A DNA stretch of 64,000 bases from Lama glama (lineage: Eukaryota): the NCBI GenBank assembly GCA_028534125.1, contig CM052816.1:2606001-2670000 (forward strand), read 5' to 3'. The translations under genes were made by a program, and so were the position numbers. Shown piece by piece: positions 62,680-64,000 of the stretch (position 1 is its first letter; the number at the start of each line of letters is the position of its first letter). Under the pieces are notes generated by a model. That model made no database searches and was not told the origin of the DNA. It saw only the letters and a program-made list of their open reading frames with translations.

Positions 62680-64000
62680 AGTAAAAATACGTTGTTTAGA
62701 CGGAAAAAGTATGATATTAGATCGAAACTTGGATCTACACAAAGAAATGTTGATTGCTGGAAATGGAACAAATGAGGGTAAAATTGATTTCAATTTTTCT
62801 TACTTTTAATTGCTCTAAAAGATAATTATTGAAGCAAAAATAGTAGCAATACATTGTGCATGTATAGTATACATAAATTACAAATGATGGGTGGAAGAAT
62901 ATTGGGAATTTATTATTATGAAGTCCTTACAGAACACATGAAATATTATTTGAAGCTAGACTATAAGTAAAGGTGTATATTTTAAACTCTCAGATATCCA
63001 CTAAAATCATTTTTAAGAGGTGGTGTCACAAATGAGTCATAGAGGCGATAAGATAAAATCATTAAAGATGCTTAACAACAGAAATACATACAGGATCTTG
63101 TGGTGGCTCACAGCGAAAAAGAATGTGACAATGAATGTATGTATGTTCGTGTATAACTGAAAAATTGTGCTCTACACTGGAATTTGACCCAACATTGTAA
63201 ACTGACTATAACTCAATAAAAAATGTTTTAAAAAAATAAACACAACAAGTAAAAGACAGATTGTCATATTGGATAAAAAAAGTAAGACTCAAATCATTCC
63301 TTCCACAAGAAACCCACTTTAAATATAAAGGCATAGATGGCTTGAAAATAAAGGATGGAGAAAGATTTACAAAAAAAAAAACGACAGAAAAGAAACTGAA
63401 TCAATTACGCTAATGAATCTAATTGATAAAATGAACTCAGAACAAAAACAAAGGATTTAATTGACATTTTATATAGAATACCCTACCCAAAAGGAGAATA
63501 CAACTCTGTTTTCACATGCACCTGGAACATTCACTAATATATTAGACCATATTCAGAACCATAAAAGAAACTTCAACAAATTAAATAGAAATATGATGTA
63601 TGTTCTCAGATTATAACAGACTTAAACTAAAATCAGTAATAATATCTGAAAAATGCCCCAAATTTGGAAATGAGATAATATACTTCTAAATGATCCACGA
63701 ATCAAAGTGTAAGTCTCAAATGTTTAAAGTAGTTTGAACTGTATCAAACTACAAAACAACATACGCAGCTAAAGCAGCACCTAAAGAGCAACTAGCAGCA
63801 TTTAATGCTTATATAAGAGAAGATCTCAAATCACTGTTCTAAGTCTTCACTTTCAGGAACCAGAAGAGGAGGAGATTAAATTCAAAGTAAACCAAAGAAA
63901 GGAAATAATATGAAAGCAAAAATCACTGAAATTGAAAACAGAAAAACAATAAAGAATGTCAATGAAACCAAAAGTTGATTCTTTGAAAAGATAAACAAAA
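62680..64000 (+). mobile_element. Ancient L1 inter-ORF and ORF2 endonuclease remnant
   Basis: caagaaacccactttaaatataaaggc (QETHFKYK), aaaggatggagaaagatt (KGWRKI), aatgaaaccaaaagttgattctttgaaaagat. Confidence 0.85.
63088..63240 (+). mobile_element. Very short young camelid L1 3' end
   Basis: Closely similar to 45510-45650 (gatcttgtggtggctcacag...actgactataactcaataaa) plus A tail. Confidence 0.9.

Overview
Mammalian non-coding genomic DNA, almost certainly from a camelid. The evidence is two tRNA-derived Vic-1-type SINEs with target-site duplications (TSDs) and young L1 3' ends of a type I recognise as camelid. I find no host protein-coding exon, RNA gene or CRISPR-like system. The only protein-like sequence comes from transposons: a decayed young L1 ORF2 (35386-36977), a decayed 3'-truncated class I endogenous retrovirus (ERV; LTR-PBS-gag-pro-RT, 41710-46140) and older L1 remnants. 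Much of the rest is ancient interspersed repeat (MIR, L2, L3/CR1, MaLR/ERVL LTRs, hAT MITEs), often nested, between unique stretches that look like enhancer-bearing intergenic or intronic DNA. Three placeholder assembly gaps (500, 500 and 100 N) limit inference. The most unusual local structures are a perfect 56-bp spacerless palindrome, a ~55-bp degenerate array in the ERV leader, two adjacent local duplications and a CpG-retaining E-box/ETS cluster. I do not see convincing evidence of a novel biological system. Repeat family names are from memory of consensus sequences, not from a search, and boundaries of old repeats are approximate.
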